Below, piece after piece: positions 39,884 through 50,433 of a DNA stretch of 64,000 nucleotides (the stretch's first letter is position 1; the number at the start of each line of letters is the position of its first letter). The translations under genes and the position numbers were made by a program. The notes beneath the pieces were generated by a model. That model was given only the letters and a program-made list of their open reading frames with translations. It did no database searches and was not told the DNA's origin. This DNA is from Candidatus Sumerlaeia bacterium (GTDB lineage Bacteria > Sumerlaeota > Sumerlaeia > SLMS01 > JANRJK01), in assembly GCA_033764015.1 (NCBI GenBank), contig JANRJK010000031.1, forward strand, positions 1 to 64,000. Reading direction: 5' to 3'.

Positions 39884-40831
39884 ATGCAGGACCTCGACCG
39901 CACCCCCCCGGCCACCGCCCTGGAGCGCACCGCCTTCGCGGTCCGCTGCGCCATGCAGAGCCTGCTGATCAACGTGGCGCTCGCCATCGTGAAGGTCGCC
40001 GGCGGCCTCGCGGGCAATTCCTTCGCGCTGGTCGCCGACGGCATCGAGTCGCTCACCGACGGGCTCGTCTCGGTGATCGTCGTGGTGGGGCTCCGCGTCT
40101 CCGCGATCCCACCGGACGACGAACACCCCTTCGGCCACGGCCGCGCGGAAAACCTCGCCGCGCTGCTGGTGGCGCTGTCGCTCTACGGCGCGGCGGGCCT
40201 GATCGCGTGGCAGGCGGTCCACGAGATCCGCAATCCGCACCAGGCGCCCGCCTGGTGGACGCTGCTGGTCCTCGGGGGCGTGGTGCTGGTGAAGTGGTCC
40301 TTCGCCCGCCGCCAGGACCGCGTCGGCGCCGCCCTCGGCAGCTCCTCGCTCCGCGCCGACGCCTGGCACCACTGGTCCGACGCCGTCACCTCCGCCGCGG
40401 CGATGGTGGGCATCTCGGTCGCGCTGCTCGGCGGGCCCGGCTGGGAGAGCGCCGACGACTGGGCCGCCCTCGCCGCCTGCCTCCTGATCGCCTATAACGC
40501 CAGCGGCATCCTTCGCCGCGGGCTCGACGAGGCCATGGACCGGACCGTGGACGCGGGCCTCGAGGCGCGCCTGCGCGCCGTCGCCGGAGCGGTCGACGGC
40601 GTGGGCCGCATCGAAAAGTGCCGCGTCCGCCGCGCCGGCCTCGGCCTCCTCATGGAGGTCCACGTGCAGGTCCACGCGGAACTCTCCGTCCGCGCGGGGC
40701 ACGACATCGCCGGCGCCGTCAAGCGCGCCCTCCTCGACTCCGACCTTGGCGTGGACGACGTCGTCACGCACATCGAGCCGCTCGACGGCCCCCCGGCGCC
40801 GCGCTTGCCCACCGTCCCCCCCGAGCCATGA
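39884..40831 (+). CDS. Cation diffusion facilitator (FieF-like) transporter
   Basis: SFALVADGIESLTD, HPFGHGRAE, ADAWHHWSD, THIEP. Confidence 0.92.
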   Translation: MQDLDRTPPATALERTAFAVRCAMQSLLINVALAIVKVAGGLAGNSFALVADGIESLTDGLVSVIVVVGLRVSAIPPDDEHPFGHGRAENLAALLVALSLYGAAGLIAWQAVHEIRNPHQAPAWWTLLVLGGVVLVKWSFARRQDRVGAALGSSSLRADAWHHWSDAVTSAAAMVGISVALLGGPGWESADDWAALAACLLIAYNASGILRRGLDEAMDRTVDAGLEARLRAVAGAVDGVGRIEKCRVRRAGLGLLMEVHVQVHAELSVRAGHDIAGAVKRALLDSDLGVDDVVTHIEPLDGPPAPRLPTVPPEP

Positions 40832-40859
40832 TCGCCCACCACACCGAGGAGCGGGCACC

Positions 40860-41150
40860 ATGGCACGTCCGACGAAACTGACCGAGCAGGAGATCCGGGA
40901 GCGCCTCGCCGCGCACGCGGGCTGGGAGCTGCGCGAGGGCAAGCTGCGCCGCGAGTTCAAGTTCGCCGACTTCAACGCCGCCTGGGGCTTCATGTCGCGC
41001 GCCGCGCTGGCCGCCGAGAAGCTCGACCACCACCCCGAGTGGTTCAACGTCTACAACCGCGTTGTGGTGGACCTGGCGACGCACGACGCCGGCGGCGTGA
41101 CCGAGCTGGACTTCGCGCTGGCCCGGGAGATGGACCGCTACGCGGGCTGA
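40860..41150 (+). CDS. phhB: Pterin-4-alpha-carbinolamine dehydratase
   Basis: DHHPEWFNVYNRV, THDAGGVTELD; GAGGAG RBS. Confidence 0.93.
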   Translation: MARPTKLTEQEIRERLAAHAGWELREGKLRREFKFADFNAAWGFMSRAALAAEKLDHHPEWFNVYNRVVVDLATHDAGGVTELDFALAREMDRYAG

Positions 41151-41155
41151 CCGCG

Positions 41156-41527
41156 TCAGACGTCCTCCGCGGAGGCGGTGCCCTCCTCCGACTGGTCCGC
41201 GGCGAGGCGATGCGGCGGGACCGGCGAGAACTTGAGCGGCGTGGCGGGCTTGACGCCGCTGCGCACCGCCGCGCGCGCCACCAGGTACCCCGCCAGCGGC
41301 GACGTGATGAACTGGAACAGCACCGCGACGAACGCCTTCGCCAGCACGTCCGGATCGTCCGCCAGCAGCCCCGCACCCAGCACGATCGCGCAGAAACCGA
41401 ACGTCAGCCCCTTCGACGCCGCCTGCAGGCGCAGGTACACGTCCGGGAACCGCAGCATCCCCAGCGCGGCGATCGCGGTGAAGACCGTCCCCAGCACGAT
41501 GAGCGCGGCGCCCAGCAGTTCACTCAT
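41156..41527 (-). CDS. mrpG: Na+/H+ antiporter subunit G
   Basis: RFPDVYLRLQAASK; operon position. Confidence 0.9.
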   Translation of the reverse strand: MSELLGAALIVLGTVFTAIAALGMLRFPDVYLRLQAASKGLTFGFCAIVLGAGLLADDPDVLAKAFVAVLFQFITSPLAGYLVARAAVRSGVKPATPLKFSPVPPHRLAADQSEEGTASAEDV

Positions 41528-41810
41528 CGTTGATGCTCCCCTGCTCGATGTACTTCGCGACCGCGATCGTCGACAGGAAGCCGAGCAGCGAAATCACCAG
41601 CACCACGTCCATGAACCAGGCGGTCCCGAGGAAGAGCCCGTAGATCGTGATGATGCACAGCAGGATCAACGTGAACGCCTCGAACGCGGCGAGCCGGTCC
41701 GGCGCCGTGGGGCCCTTCACGAAGCGCACGACGACCAGCACCAGGCTCAGCGCCAGCAGCCCGATGACCGCCAGCACCGCGGCGTGGGGGAGGAACAGGT
41801 AGCGGTCCAC
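41520..41810 (-). CDS. mrpF: Na+/H+ antiporter subunit F
   Basis: KGPTAPDR, GFLSTIAVAKY. Confidence 0.9.
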   Translation of the reverse strand: MDRYLFLPHAAVLAVIGLLALSLVLVVVRFVKGPTAPDRLAAFEAFTLILLCIITIYGLFLGTAWFMDVVLVISLLGFLSTIAVAKYIEQGSINDE

Positions 41811-41813
41811 CGC

Positions 41814-42299
41814 TCAGGCCCTCCCCTTCAGGATGTCGAGCGGCTTGCGGAGCGCGAGCCCCTGCGCCTCGAGCGCCGACAGGTCCGGATACATCGTGTG
41901 GATCACCAGCTTCTGGCGGTCCTCCGCGATGTCGACCGTGAGCGTCCCCGGCGTCAGCGTGATGCGGTGGCTCAGGAACGCGATCTCCGCCGGCGTCAGG
42001 TCGCCGATCGGAACCGCCACGAAGTGCACGTCGTAGTGCGCCTTCGGCGTCAGCACGTCGTACGCGAGCACCAGGTTCGACTTCACCATGTCGTAGCTGA
42101 AGTCCCATAGGAAACGCAGCAGCGAGCGGGGCGAATGCACCAGGTTCTTGATCCGGTCGAAGAAGCGGAACGTGAACGCGAACAGCAGCGTCGCCGTGTA
42201 GGTGGCGATCGTGAAGTTGCCGAAGACCACCTTGGCGAAGACCGCGCACACCGCCATCGCGACGAGGAGCTCGGTGAAGGTGAAGGGTCGTTTCGTCAC
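41814..42299 (-). CDS. mrpE: Na+/H+ antiporter subunit E
   Basis: KSNLVLA, ITLTPGTL; GTG at 42299 overlaps the mrpD stop. Confidence 0.88.
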   Translation of the reverse strand: MTKRPFTFTELLVAMAVCAVFAKVVFGNFTIATYTATLLFAFTFRFFDRIKNLVHSPRSLLRFLWDFSYDMVKSNLVLAYDVLTPKAHYDVHFVAVPIGDLTPAEIAFLSHRITLTPGTLTVDIAEDRQKLVIHTMYPDLSALEAQGLALRKPLDILKGRA

Positions 42300-43837
42300 G
42301 GCGCGGCCACCTCCGCCGGCGCCGCCTGCGGCACGCCGAGCACGACGCCCTCCGGCAGCGGCGCGCCCAGCACCGCCTCGACGTAGGCCCGCGGATCGAG
42401 CAGCGACTCCGCGCAGGACGCGCACCACTCCATCAGCGGCGCGCTGAACACCGCGACGAGGACGCTCACCGCGGCGAGCCCGCCGGCGACCACGAGCAGC
42501 GGGCGCGCCGCCTCCGCGGAGACGGGCTCGTGGTCGCGCTCGCCCCAGAAGCACGCCGTCCAGATCTTCACCATGCTCGCCAGCGTGAAGAGCGAGGTGA
42601 ACAGCGCGGCCCCCGCCACGAACCAGTGCCCCGTGCGGAAGCCCTCCAGCACCGCGAAGTACTTCCCGTAGAAGCCCGAAAGCGGCGGCAGCCCCGCCAG
42701 CGACACCGCCGCCAGCAGGAACGCGATCCCCAGCCACGGGTAGCTCCGCAGCAGGCCGTGGATCCCCTTCACCGAATCGCCGCGGTGGTGCACCACCACG
42801 AAGCCCGCCACGAGGAACAGCGTCGTCTTCACGACCACGTTGTGCAGCGTGGTGAACAGCCCCGCCGCCAGCCCCGCCGTCGTGAACATCGCCAGCCCGA
42901 ACACCATGTAGCCGATCTGGCTGACGATGTGGACGCTCAGGATGCCCCGCATGGACCACTGCCCCAGCGCGCCGAACACGCCCACGACCATCGTGAGCGC
43001 CGCCAGCGCGAGCAGCGCCGGCTGCGTCCACTCCGCGGCCAGGCTCCCGAAGCACACCGTGTACAGCCGGTAGAAGCAGTACACGCCCACCTTGGTCAGC
43101 ATGCCCGCGAAGAACGGCAGGATGCCGATGGGCGCCTTCGGGTACGCGCCCGGCAGCCAGAAGAAGAGCGGGAAGACGGCGGCCTTCAGCCCGAACACGA
43201 AGAGCAGCCAGAACGCCAGCGCCGCCGCCACGCCGCGCTGCTCCGTCTGCGCCACTTTGATCGCCAGGTCCGCGTAGTTCAGCGTCCCGAACGTGCCGTA
43301 GACCAGCCCCGCGCCGAGCAGGAACAGCGTGCCGCCGAGGACGTTCATCGCCACGAAGCGGAACCCCGCCCGGAGCTGCCCCGCCTCGTTGTCGAAGATC
43401 ATCAGCGCGTAGGACGCCAGCAGGATCAGCTCGAAGCTCACGAAAAGGTTGAACAGGTCCGCGGTCGCGAACGCCCAGTTCACGCCCGCCGCCAGGATCA
43501 GCAGCAGCGGGTGGAAGTAGCGCTGCTGCGCGAGCGCCGGCATGCCGCCGCACCGGACGAACCACCACGTCGCCGCGTGGATCACCGCGTTGAGCGCGAT
43601 GAACAGCGCCGAGAGCTGGTCGAGCGCGAACACGATGCCGAAGGTGCCGGGCCAATCGCCCATGCGCATCACGTGGATCGTCCCGTCCGCGGTCCGCGCC
43701 AGCAGGTGCGCGGCGAGCGCCAGCGCCGCGTGCGCCGCCACGCCGGACAAGACGGCCTGCGCCGTCCGCGAATGCCGCAGGAACAGCAGCGCGACCGCCG
43801 CGAGGAACGGCAGCAGGACCGGAAGCACCGACAGCAT
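42296..43837 (-). CDS. mrpD: Na+/H+ antiporter subunit D
   Basis: DLFNLFVSFE, KAAVFPLFFWLPGAY, TKVGVY, GLPPLSGF. Confidence 0.93.
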   Translation of the reverse strand: MLSVLPVLLPFLAAVALLFLRHSRTAQAVLSGVAAHAALALAAHLLARTADGTIHVMRMGDWPGTFGIVFALDQLSALFIALNAVIHAATWWFVRCGGMPALAQQRYFHPLLLILAAGVNWAFATADLFNLFVSFELILLASYALMIFDNEAGQLRAGFRFVAMNVLGGTLFLLGAGLVYGTFGTLNYADLAIKVAQTEQRGVAAALAFWLLFVFGLKAAVFPLFFWLPGAYPKAPIGILPFFAGMLTKVGVYCFYRLYTVCFGSLAAEWTQPALLALAALTMVVGVFGALGQWSMRGILSVHIVSQIGYMVFGLAMFTTAGLAAGLFTTLHNVVVKTTLFLVAGFVVVHHRGDSVKGIHGLLRSYPWLGIAFLLAAVSLAGLPPLSGFYGKYFAVLEGFRTGHWFVAGAALFTSLFTLASMVKIWTACFWGERDHEPVSAEAARPLLVVAGGLAAVSVLVAVFSAPLMEWCASCAESLLDPRAYVEAVLGAPLPEGVVLGVPQAAPAEVAAP

Positions 43838-44229
43838 CAGCCCTTACCCTCCCCGGGCCCGGGCTCGCCGAGCGCCAGCGTGGAGGACGTCTCGCGCCCC
43901 CGCGCGATCAGCACCATCAGGAAGCTGAACACCCCGAAGCCGATCACGATCGCCGTCAGGATCAGAGCGTGCGGCAGCGGATCCACGTACAGCGCCGGGT
44001 CCACGCGCGACACCTTCGCCGCGGTTCCGCCGACTGTGTCGACAACCGGCTCCGCGGTGACCGGCGGCAGCGTCCCCGCGGTCCAGCCCCCCGCCGCCAG
44101 GATCGCCAGGTTCACCGCCTGCGAGATCAGCAGCAGCCCGAGCAGCACCTCGAAGGCGCTCTTGCGGAAGAGCTGGTACACCCCGGCGCCGACCAGCGCC
44201 GCCACGAGCAGCGAAGCGACCAGTGTCAT
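43837..44229 (-). CDS. mrpC: Na+/H+ antiporter subunit C
   Basis: DPLPHALILTAIVIGFG. Confidence 0.92.
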   Translation of the reverse strand: MTLVASLLVAALVGAGVYQLFRKSAFEVLLGLLLISQAVNLAILAAGGWTAGTLPPVTAEPVVDTVGGTAAKVSRVDPALYVDPLPHALILTAIVIGFGVFSFLMVLIARGRETSSTLALGEPGPGEGKG

Positions 44230-44233
44230 GTCG

Positions 44234-47158
44234 TCACAGCCTCCCGAAGCCCTTCACGAGCACCAGCGTGATCCCCACCACCACCAGGTACACGCCGAGG
44301 TCGAAGAACATGGCGCTGGCGATCTCGATCTCGCCGAGCAGCGGCAGGTGCACGTACCAGAACTCGCTCGTCAGGAAAGGCAGGCCGAAGAACATCGCCA
44401 CCAGTCCCGTGCCGCCGGCGAACAGCAGCCCCGCCGGGATCAGTCCGAAGATGTGGTGCGGCGTCGCGCGCTCGTACTGCTCGTGCGTGGATGATAGGAT
44501 GAAGGGGACCACGGCGACCGCGGAGAGCAGCCCCGCGATGAAGCCCCCGCCCGGCGCGTTGTGCCCCGCGAAGAACAGCACCAGCGCCACGCCCAGCACG
44601 AAGACCGCGATGATGTTCGCCAGCTCGCGCGTCACGATCGAGGGCCCGCCCCGCACCCGGTAGCCGAGCGTGTTGTAGATGAAGGGGAAGCTCGAGGGGC
44701 GGAGCCTGAACTCGTCGCCGCTCGCCGCGGGGCCGCGCTGCGCGCGCGAAGGGTCGAACTCGCGGTGCCCGCCGTCCCGCATCAGCAGCGCCACGCCGAG
44801 CGCCGCGAGCACCAGCACCGTGATCTCGCCCAGCGTGTCGAGCCCGCGGAAGTCCACCAGGATCACGTTCACCACGTTGTTGCCGCCGCCGGAGTGGGCG
44901 CCCTCCACCGTGGGGTACTTCGAGTTGGCGAGGTAGTACGCCGAGTGCGTCGGGTTCCCCGCGAGCACCGGGGCCAACCGGTCCGGGCTGGACGCGGCGT
45001 TGTACGTCGCGAGCCCCGCGACCAGCGCCACCGCGACCGCGATGGCCGCCGCCGGCGCCGCGACCGCCGCGCGCACCGTCTCGCGCGGCGGCGCGCCGAT
45101 CCGCTTCAGCAGGATCAGCAGCATCACCAGCACCACCAGCTCCACCAGCACCTGCGTCAGCGCGAGGTCCGGCGCCTTGTAGAAGATGAAGAAACCGCTG
45201 ATGATCAGCCCCACCAGGCCCATGCCGATCACCCGCGCCACGGCGGACCGCGGCACCAGCACCAGCCCCAGCGACGCCAGCGCCGACGCCGCCAGCAGCC
45301 CGGCGAGCAGCACCGCGGGCCCCGCCTCGAACTCGGCCGCGTTGATCGGCGAGCCCAGCAGCGGCCAGCCCACCGCCAGCGCGAAGAACGCCGCCAGCAC
45401 CGCCATGTTGAAGCGCAGCGACGGATGCGCGACGAACGCCGCGGCCTTCGACGCCACCCACGGGAAGAACGAATCGAACAGCAGCTCGTACCCGCGCAGC
45501 GTCGGCGCAGGACGCCCCGCGCGCTCCTGCAGGCGGTCCACCGCGCCGGTCCCGAAGAAAACGCCGGCGCCCGCGGCGTAGATCGCCATGCTCACCGCGA
45601 ACATGAAGTCGACCTTCTTGAACATGCCCACCTTGTAGTGCGCGTCGACCGCGTAGTACGCCGCGTTCGCGAGGCGCCCGAGCGGCTCCGACAGCATCGG
45701 CACCCAGAGCCCCGCGGCCAGCGTCGGCAGGATCAGCAGCGCCGGCGCCAGCAGCAGGCCGGGGCCCGCCTCGTGCGCGTGGTCGAACACGCCCTGCTCG
45801 CGCGGCTCGCCGAAGAACGGCGAGATGGCGACGCGCAGGCAGTAGGCCATGGTGAAGCAGCTCGCCAGCACGGCGCCCGCGAAGAGCGCCAGCCGCAACG
45901 CCCCGGGGGCGCCTTCCCAGTGCCACGAGGCGTCGAAGAAGAGCTTCTTCGCCACGAAGCCGAACGTGAGCGGCAGCCCCGCCATGGAGGCGCAGCCGAT
46001 GATCGTCAGCGCGGCGGTCGCCGGCATCTTGCGCCACAGGCCGCCGAGCCGGCGCCAGTCGCGCGTGTGCGTGCCGTGGTCGATCACGCCGCACATCATG
46101 AAAAGCCCGCCCTTGAAGAGCGCGTGGCTCAGGACCAGCAGCAGGTCCAGCGTGAGCAGCCCGCCCGTGCCGAGCCGCCCCGCGCCGAAGCCGTAGTAGG
46201 CCACGATGAGGCCGAGCTGGCTCACCGTCGAGAACGCCAGGAGCTGCTTGATGTCGTACGCCGTGATCGCCATCCAGCCGCCGATCAGCATCGTCAGCAC
46301 GCCGACCGGTCCCACGATCCAAAGCCACAGCTCGTGGCCGCCGAAGACGGGGTAGATGCGCCCCAGCAGGTAGATGCCCGCCTTGACCATCGTCGCCGCG
46401 TGGAGGAACGCGGAAACCGGCGTCGGTGCCTCCATGGCGCCGGGGAGCCAGAAATGGAAGGGGAACTGGGCGCTCTTGGTGAAGGCGCCGACCAGCATCA
46501 GGAGGAGCGCGGTCCCGGCGAGCGGGTGCGCGGCGATCTCGTCCGCCCGCGCCCACACCTCGCCCCACATCATCGTGCCGCCGCCGGGGCCCTGCGACAG
46601 GATCAGGTGCAGCACCGCGATCCCCGCCATCAGGCACAGCCCGCCGGTGCCCGTGACCAGCAGCGCCCTCCGCGCCCCCGCGATCGCCGAGGGCTTGTGG
46701 CTCCAGTGGCCGATCAGGAGGAACGACGTGATCGAGGTGGCCTCCCAGAACACGAACATCATGACGAGGTTCTCGGAGACGACCACGCCGAGCATCGCGC
46801 CCATGAACGCCATCAGCGAGGAATAGAACCGCGTCGGCGAATCCCCGGGATCCATGTAGAAGCCCGAGTACCACACCACGCACGCGCCGATGCCGAGCAC
46901 CAGCCACGCCCAGAACAGGGCGGGGCCGTCCAGCCAAAGCGAAACCGACAAGTGGATCGACGGGTGCCACGGGTAGTCGAAGCGCGGCGGCGCCGCCGGG
47001 TCCCACCCGAGCGTGGCGTGCGCCAGAAAGCCCAGCGCCGCCAGCGTGAAGGCGAGCGCCGTCGCGAAGCGCGCCTTCGCCCCGCCCGCCTGCGGCAGCA
47101 GGAGCACCGCCGCCGCTCCCAGGAACGGCATCGCGAGCATCAGCGGCAGCGTCGTCAT
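44234..47158 (-). CDS. mrpA: Na+/H+ antiporter subunit A fused to B (group 2 MrpA')
   Basis: FTKSAQFPFHFWLPGAMEAPTPVSAFLH, NVVNVILVDFRGLDT, MrpB motifs GHNAPGGGF and FFDLGVY. Confidence 0.94.
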   Translation of the reverse strand: MTTLPLMLAMPFLGAAAVLLLPQAGGAKARFATALAFTLAALGFLAHATLGWDPAAPPRFDYPWHPSIHLSVSLWLDGPALFWAWLVLGIGACVVWYSGFYMDPGDSPTRFYSSLMAFMGAMLGVVVSENLVMMFVFWEATSITSFLLIGHWSHKPSAIAGARRALLVTGTGGLCLMAGIAVLHLILSQGPGGGTMMWGEVWARADEIAAHPLAGTALLLMLVGAFTKSAQFPFHFWLPGAMEAPTPVSAFLHAATMVKAGIYLLGRIYPVFGGHELWLWIVGPVGVLTMLIGGWMAITAYDIKQLLAFSTVSQLGLIVAYYGFGAGRLGTGGLLTLDLLLVLSHALFKGGLFMMCGVIDHGTHTRDWRRLGGLWRKMPATAALTIIGCASMAGLPLTFGFVAKKLFFDASWHWEGAPGALRLALFAGAVLASCFTMAYCLRVAISPFFGEPREQGVFDHAHEAGPGLLLAPALLILPTLAAGLWVPMLSEPLGRLANAAYYAVDAHYKVGMFKKVDFMFAVSMAIYAAGAGVFFGTGAVDRLQERAGRPAPTLRGYELLFDSFFPWVASKAAAFVAHPSLRFNMAVLAAFFALAVGWPLLGSPINAAEFEAGPAVLLAGLLAASALASLGLVLVPRSAVARVIGMGLVGLIISGFFIFYKAPDLALTQVLVELVVLVMLLILLKRIGAPPRETVRAAVAAPAAAIAVAVALVAGLATYNAASSPDRLAPVLAGNPTHSAYYLANSKYPTVEGAHSGGGNNVVNVILVDFRGLDTLGEITVLVLAALGVALLMRDGGHREFDPSRAQRGPAASGDEFRLRPSSFPFIYNTLGYRVRGGPSIVTRELANIIAVFVLGVALVLFFAGHNAPGGGFIAGLLSAVAVVPFILSSTHEQYERATPHHIFGLIPAGLLFAGGTGLVAMFFGLPFLTSEFWYVHLPLLGEIEIASAMFFDLGVYLVVVGITLVLVKGFGRL

Positions 47159-47321
47159 CGGCGTCGGGGCGGGAGCTTCGTTCGCATCGGGTCGGGTCTT
47201 CCCGCCGGAGCAGGAGCGCAAAGAGGCAAGAGGGGGCCGTCCCCGGTGGATTCCCGCGCGGCCGCGGGAACGGCAGGGCTAAGGGCGCCGCGCCATGGGA
47301 AGCAAGCGGACTCGGGCGGCG

Positions 47322-50240
47322 TCAGGCGCCGCCGCGGTCGAGCAGCCGCTGGAACGTGTGCCGCCGCCAGCCGCGCGAGGCCAGCTCCGCCGTGAGCGGC
47401 GCGGCTTCCTCCGTCCGGCCGAGGTGCAGCAGCGCGGACGCGCGCGTCTCCATCTGCCACGAGGGGAACTGGCGCCCCGCCACGAACGGGGTGAACACGT
47501 CCACCGCGCGCTCCCAGTGCTCGCGCGCCTCCTCCACGGCGCCGGAGAGGTGCAGCACGCGCCCCGCCAGCAGCAGCGCCTTCGAGAGCAGGTCGAAGTA
47601 CGTCGGGTTGTCCTCGATCTCCGTGGTTAGCCGCTGCGCCAGGCCCAGCACGCGCTCGCTCGCGTCGCGCGCCTCGTCCAGCCGGCCCATCTCGAGGAGC
47701 GCCTCCCCCATGCTGTTCAGGATCCAGCCGGTCTCCAGCAGCACCGCGAGGTGCGTCGAGTCCTGGTCCGCCAGCGGCTGGCTCATGGCGACCGCTTCGC
47801 GGAAGGCGGCGACCGCCTCCTCGTTGCGCTCCAGCTCGTGCAGCACCCGGCCGATGGCGCCGTGCGTGAAGGCCAGCTCCAGCGCCCTCGAGGCGTTCGT
47901 CGGGTCCGCCGCGGCGAGCTGCACCGCCAGCGGCAGCGCCTCGCGGAACAGCTCCAGCGCGTCGTCCCGCCGCCCCATGTCCTGCAGGATCGCCGCCCGC
48001 GTCGTGAGGCTCCAGCCGAGCTGCACCTTGTGGTCCGGGTTGTCCGGCTGGCGCGCGCAGAGGTCGATGCGGAGCGCGTGGCCCCGCTCCGCGACCGCGA
48101 GCGCCTCGCCGAGCCGCCCCGCCGCCCGTAGCACGTTCGAGTAGCTGATCAGCACCCACGCGTAGTCGTAGAGCAGCGCGACGTCCTCCGGCGCCTGTTC
48201 GCAGAGCTGCTCGCGGACCGCGAGCGAGGCGAGGTGCGCGGAGGCGGCCTTCTCCTGGAAGCCCTGGCGCCAGTAGACGACGCCGAGCTGGTGCAGGTTG
48301 CCCGCCATCCGGTTTCGCCAAAACGCCGGGCGCGCGCTCCCCGCCGCCCGGCGCGTGTGGAACTCGAGCGCCTCGTTGTTCACCGCGATGCAGGAGGCGT
48401 ACTCGCCCTGGAAGTAGTGCGCGCCGGCCAGGCGGGCGAACGCGTCCGACAGGTGCGTGGCCCATTCCTCGTCGTTCGGGTGCCGCGCGTGGCCGGCGCG
48501 GGCCGTCGCGTGGAAGCTGCGGTACGCCTTCAGCGCGTCCTCCACCCGCGCCTGGTTCTTAAGCACGTCGCCGATGTTGCGGAAGGCCACCGCGCGGTTG
48601 GCGGCGCGCGCCGGCGTGGCGGCGTCCTGCTCCGCCGGCGCCGACTCGTAGTACGACAGCGCCTTGCGCGCGATCTGGTCCATCAGGTCCAGCCGGTGCA
48701 GCGGCGCCAGCGTCGCGTGCAGCTCGTGGATCAGGAAGCCCAGCAGGTCCTCGGCCCGGTCGCGCTCGCTCGTCGCCTGCGCGAACGCCTCGGACAGCTC
48801 GCGCTCCTGCTGCCGCTTGCGCGATTCCAGGCGCGTCAGCTCCGCGAGCAGGCGCTCGCGCTCCGCGCCCGCGGACAGGCGCTCCGCCTGCACCCGCGCC
48901 AGCATCAGGTCGCCGTGCTCCAGCGCCGCGTTCGCGTAGCGCAGCAGCGCACGGTCGCGCAGCGGCTGCAGGTCCGGGTTCTCCGGCCACAGCGTGCGCG
49001 CGTTCCCGAGCAGCGCCAGCAGCTCGCCGTGGTCCCGGTAGTCCGGCAGCGACGACTCCAGCCGGGCGCGCACCTCGTTCAGGATCGCGTGCGACTCCCG
49101 CCGCCGCGACGCGCCCGTCAGGTGGTCCTTCAACCGGTCGTGGAACTCGCTCGCCGACTGCAGGCGCAGCGCCCGGTCCCCCTCGAGCGCGTGCATCGCC
49201 AGCGCGGCGAGGTCCGACGGCACCTCGCGCTGCGGGATGCGCTCCCGCGGCGGCACAATCATCGCCGCCCGCGCCAGCTTGAACGCGTCGTTCGCGCTCC
49301 TCGCGCGGTACGGCGAAGTGCCTGTGAGCAGGAAGTACAGGATGCCGCCGAGCTGGAACACGTCGGTCCAGGGGCCGATCCGCTCCGCCGACTGGGTGGT
49401 CTGCTCCGGCGCCATGTAGGCCGGCGTTCCGGAGGGGTTCGGCGCCCGCTTCCGGTCCGGCAGCGTCTCGCGCAGCGCCGGCGCCTCCGAGGCCGCCAGC
49501 ATCTCGTCGTACACCATCGCGATGCCCCAGTCCATCAGCAGCACTTCGCCGAACTCCCCGGTCATCACCTGCGACGGCTTCAGGTCGCGGTGCACCACGC
49601 CGCGGGAGTGCGCGAAGGCCACCGCCTGCGACACGTCCATCAGCACCGGGATGTGCTTGGAAAGGAAATCGGCCACCGGCATCGAGCCGAAGTCGTCCCG
49701 GAGGATCCGGTCCCAGGGCGCGCCCCGCACCAGCTTCATCGCCAGCGCCGGACGGCCCCGCTCGTCCCGCCCCAGGTCGTACACCGGCACGATGTTCGGA
49801 TGCTCCAGGTTCGCCGTCGCCAGCGCCTCCTGGTGGAACGTCTCCTCCAGCGAGCGCAGCTCCGCCGGGTCGCCGGACGCCCGCGAGAGCCGGTCCTGGT
49901 GCAGCCGCTTGATCGCCACCGTCCGCCCGAGGCTCGCCTGGTGGCTCTCCCAGATCTCGCCGAAGCCGCCCTCGCCCACCACCCGGCGCAGGAAGAACGA
50001 CGTCTCGTGCGGCGGCACCAGCTCGCTCGGCACCGAGCCCGCCGGGCCCTCCGCCAGCGCCGTCAGCAGCCACCGCGGCAGCGGCGCCTTCGACGCGTCC
50101 CACCCCGATTCCCCCGGCAGCGGCGTCATGGCGGGGCGGCTCGCGACCAGGCGCGAGCCGATCGGCGCGGTGATCGAACACTCGTCCGGCAGGTCGGCGG
50201 GGATCTCGGGGAACGGCCGGTCGGCGTCTAGGGGCGCCAT
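47322..50240 (-). CDS. Hanks-type Ser/Thr protein kinase with C-terminal TPR repeats
   Basis: GEGGFG, VAIK, HPNIVPVY, HRDLKPSQ, DWG, GTPAYMAPEQ; TPR-like helices; ATG at 50240. Confidence 0.9.
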   Translation of the reverse strand: MAPLDADRPFPEIPADLPDECSITAPIGSRLVASRPAMTPLPGESGWDASKAPLPRWLLTALAEGPAGSVPSELVPPHETSFFLRRVVGEGGFGEIWESHQASLGRTVAIKRLHQDRLSRASGDPAELRSLEETFHQEALATANLEHPNIVPVYDLGRDERGRPALAMKLVRGAPWDRILRDDFGSMPVADFLSKHIPVLMDVSQAVAFAHSRGVVHRDLKPSQVMTGEFGEVLLMDWGIAMVYDEMLAASEAPALRETLPDRKRAPNPSGTPAYMAPEQTTQSAERIGPWTDVFQLGGILYFLLTGTSPYRARSANDAFKLARAAMIVPPRERIPQREVPSDLAALAMHALEGDRALRLQSASEFHDRLKDHLTGASRRRESHAILNEVRARLESSLPDYRDHGELLALLGNARTLWPENPDLQPLRDRALLRYANAALEHGDLMLARVQAERLSAGAERERLLAELTRLESRKRQQERELSEAFAQATSERDRAEDLLGFLIHELHATLAPLHRLDLMDQIARKALSYYESAPAEQDAATPARAANRAVAFRNIGDVLKNQARVEDALKAYRSFHATARAGHARHPNDEEWATHLSDAFARLAGAHYFQGEYASCIAVNNEALEFHTRRAAGSARPAFWRNRMAGNLHQLGVVYWRQGFQEKAASAHLASLAVREQLCEQAPEDVALLYDYAWVLISYSNVLRAAGRLGEALAVAERGHALRIDLCARQPDNPDHKVQLGWSLTTRAAILQDMGRRDDALELFREALPLAVQLAAADPTNASRALELAFTHGAIGRVLHELERNEEAVAAFREAVAMSQPLADQDSTHLAVLLETGWILNSMGEALLEMGRLDEARDASERVLGLAQRLTTEIEDNPTYFDLLSKALLLAGRVLHLSGAVEEAREHWERAVDVFTPFVAGRQFPSWQMETRASALLHLGRTEEAAPLTAELASRGWRRHTFQRLLDRGGA

Positions 50241-50433
50241 GGTCGATGTGGCCTTTGTGCCTTTGGCTGAGGGAAACGGTGTCCCGGCCGGCGCCGCCAC
50301 GCAAGCCCGGAGGGCGGACCGGGCCGTGCCACCGGGCCTTTTCACCTCGCCACCGGGCCCGCTTCGTGCATCCTCGCCCATTGGCGGCGGGAGCCCCCCT
50401 CCGCACAGTCCCGAAGGCCGCAGCACACCGACG

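Noticed and set aside
41156..47158. Mrp cluster as a novel complex I or hydrogenase membrane arm
   Set aside because: Gene order and motifs match an ordinary group 2 mrpA'CDEFG antiporter with no redox subunits.
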